In this document: piece by piece, positions 16,037-16,986 of the stretch | Numbering within the stretch: position 1 is the stretch's first letter | Layout of the letters: each line of letters opens with the position of its first letter | Assembly: GCA_031459535.1 (NCBI GenBank) | Contig: JAVKIJ010000072.1 | Span: 1 to 16,986, forward strand | DNA from: Candidatus Fervidifonticultor quintus | GTDB taxonomy: Bacteria > Sysuimicrobiota > Sysuimicrobiia > Sysuimicrobiales > Humicultoraceae | Direction: 5' to 3' | Length of the DNA stretch: 16,986 nt | The notes under the pieces: generated by a model | The model's database searches: none | Seen by the model: the letters and a program-made list of their open reading frames with translations, nothing else | What the model was told of the DNA's origin: nothing | Program-made: the position numbers and the translations under genes

Positions 16037-16986
16037 GGCGGCGCCTGCTCGTCAGCCTCCAGGGCTTCCTGGAGGAGCTGCTTCCGGTACAGGTCGGCGT
16101 ACAGGCCGCCTGCAGCCAGCAGTTCGGTGTGCGTGCCCCGCTCCACGATGCGTCCCTGGTCTAGCACCACGATCAGGTCAGCCCCGCGGACGGTGGAGAT
16201 GCGGTGGGAGATGATCAGGCTCGTGCGACTGCTCACAAATCGCCGGAGACCGTCGAGGATCTCCTCTTCAGTACGGGTGTCCACGCTGCTCAACGCGTCG
16301 TCGAGGATCAGGATGGCCGGGTCGCGCGCCAGCGCCCGCGCGATCGTGGCGCGCTGCTTCTGGCCGCCCGATAGCGTTACACCCCGTTCCCCGACCACGG
16401 TCTGGTATCCGAGGGGAAAACCGCCCACGTCCGGGGCCAGTCGCGCGATCTCGGCCGCGCCCCGCACCGGGGAGGCGTCGCTGTGCTGCACGCCCCAGGC
16501 CAGGTTCTCCTCGAGCGTGTCGGAGAACAGGAAGGGCTCCTGGGGGACCATGCCGATCTGGTCGCGCAGCGCTTCCAGACTGTACTGGCGTACGTCCACG
16601 CCGTCAACCAGGACCGCGCCGCGGCTCACATCGATCAGCCGCGGGATCAATGAGACCAGGGTGGACTTACCAGACCCGGTGGGCCCCACGATGGCCACCG
16701 TGGCGCCCGCGGGCACGACCAAGTTGACGTCCTGCAGCACCGTCTGCCCGTCGTAGGCGCAGGCCACGTTCCGGAATTCGATCTCGCCTCGCAGGCGGCC
16801 GGGGCTCACCGGCTGCGGGGGATCGGCGATCGCCGGGGTCTGGTCCAGGATTTCCTCGATCCGGCCCATGGAGGCCAGACCCTGCTGGAAGAGATTGGCC
16901 GTCCAGCCCAGCGCGATCATCGGCCACGAGAGCATGAGCAGATAGCCAAAGAACTGCACGAGCTGGCCCAGGGTGATGCGCCCTTC
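16033..16986 (-). CDS. Heterodimeric ABC exporter half-transporter, MdlA/YheI(BmrC)-like (5'-partial)
   Basis: Frame open to the window edge (EGRITLGQLVQFFGYLLMLSWPMIALGW); Walker A GPTGSGKST, LSGGQKQR, Walker B ILDDALS (Asp replaces the catalytic Glu), ISHR; TGA overlaps the partner ATG (ATGA). Confidence 0.95.
   Translation of the reverse strand, partial: EGRITLGQLVQFFGYLLMLSWPMIALGWTANLFQQGLASMGRIEEILDQTPAIADPPQPVSPGRLRGEIEFRNVACAYDGQTVLQDVNLVVPAGATVAIVGPTGSGKSTLVSLIPRLIDVSRGAVLVDGVDVRQYSLEALRDQIGMVPQEPFLFSDTLEENLAWGVQHSDASPVRGAAEIARLAPDVGGFPLGYQTVVGERGVTLSGGQKQRATIARALARDPAILILDDALSSVDTRTEEEILDGLRRFVSSRTSLIISHRISTVRGADLIVVLDQGRIVERGTHTELLAAGGLYADLYRKQLLQEALEADEQAPP

Noticed and set aside
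14165-16986. Deviant LSVGQ signature and DD Walker B as signs of inactivation
   Set aside because: Together they form the single degenerate nucleotide site that is normal for BmrCD/TmrAB-type heterodimeric exporters.

Overview
High-GC bacterial window. Left to right: the 3' end and right tip of an IS481-family element; a minus-strand zur-znuA-znuC-znuB zinc-uptake operon with a Fur/Zur-type box beside its own promoter; a divergent unit of an unannotated His-rich ORF ending in PPP, a Sco/SenC gene and a PCu(A)C copper-chaperone gene with an in-frame TAG before its last beta-strand; a minus-strand promoter, c-di-GMP-I (GEMM) riboswitch and terminator with no credible downstream gene, pointing antisense into the copper genes; a housekeeping block (nadE, mfd, parvulin foldase, mazG, S4 protein, eno, divIC/ftsB, S1 protein); and a convergent heterodimeric ABC exporter pair (one gene partial) followed by an unknown 116-aa protein. 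The most interesting region is about 3200-5270. It holds a candidate His-based ribosome-stalling metal-sensor leader for sco-pcuAC and a candidate c-di-GMP-controlled antisense RNA against the same unit. All calls come from reading motifs by eye; no searches or folding programs were run.
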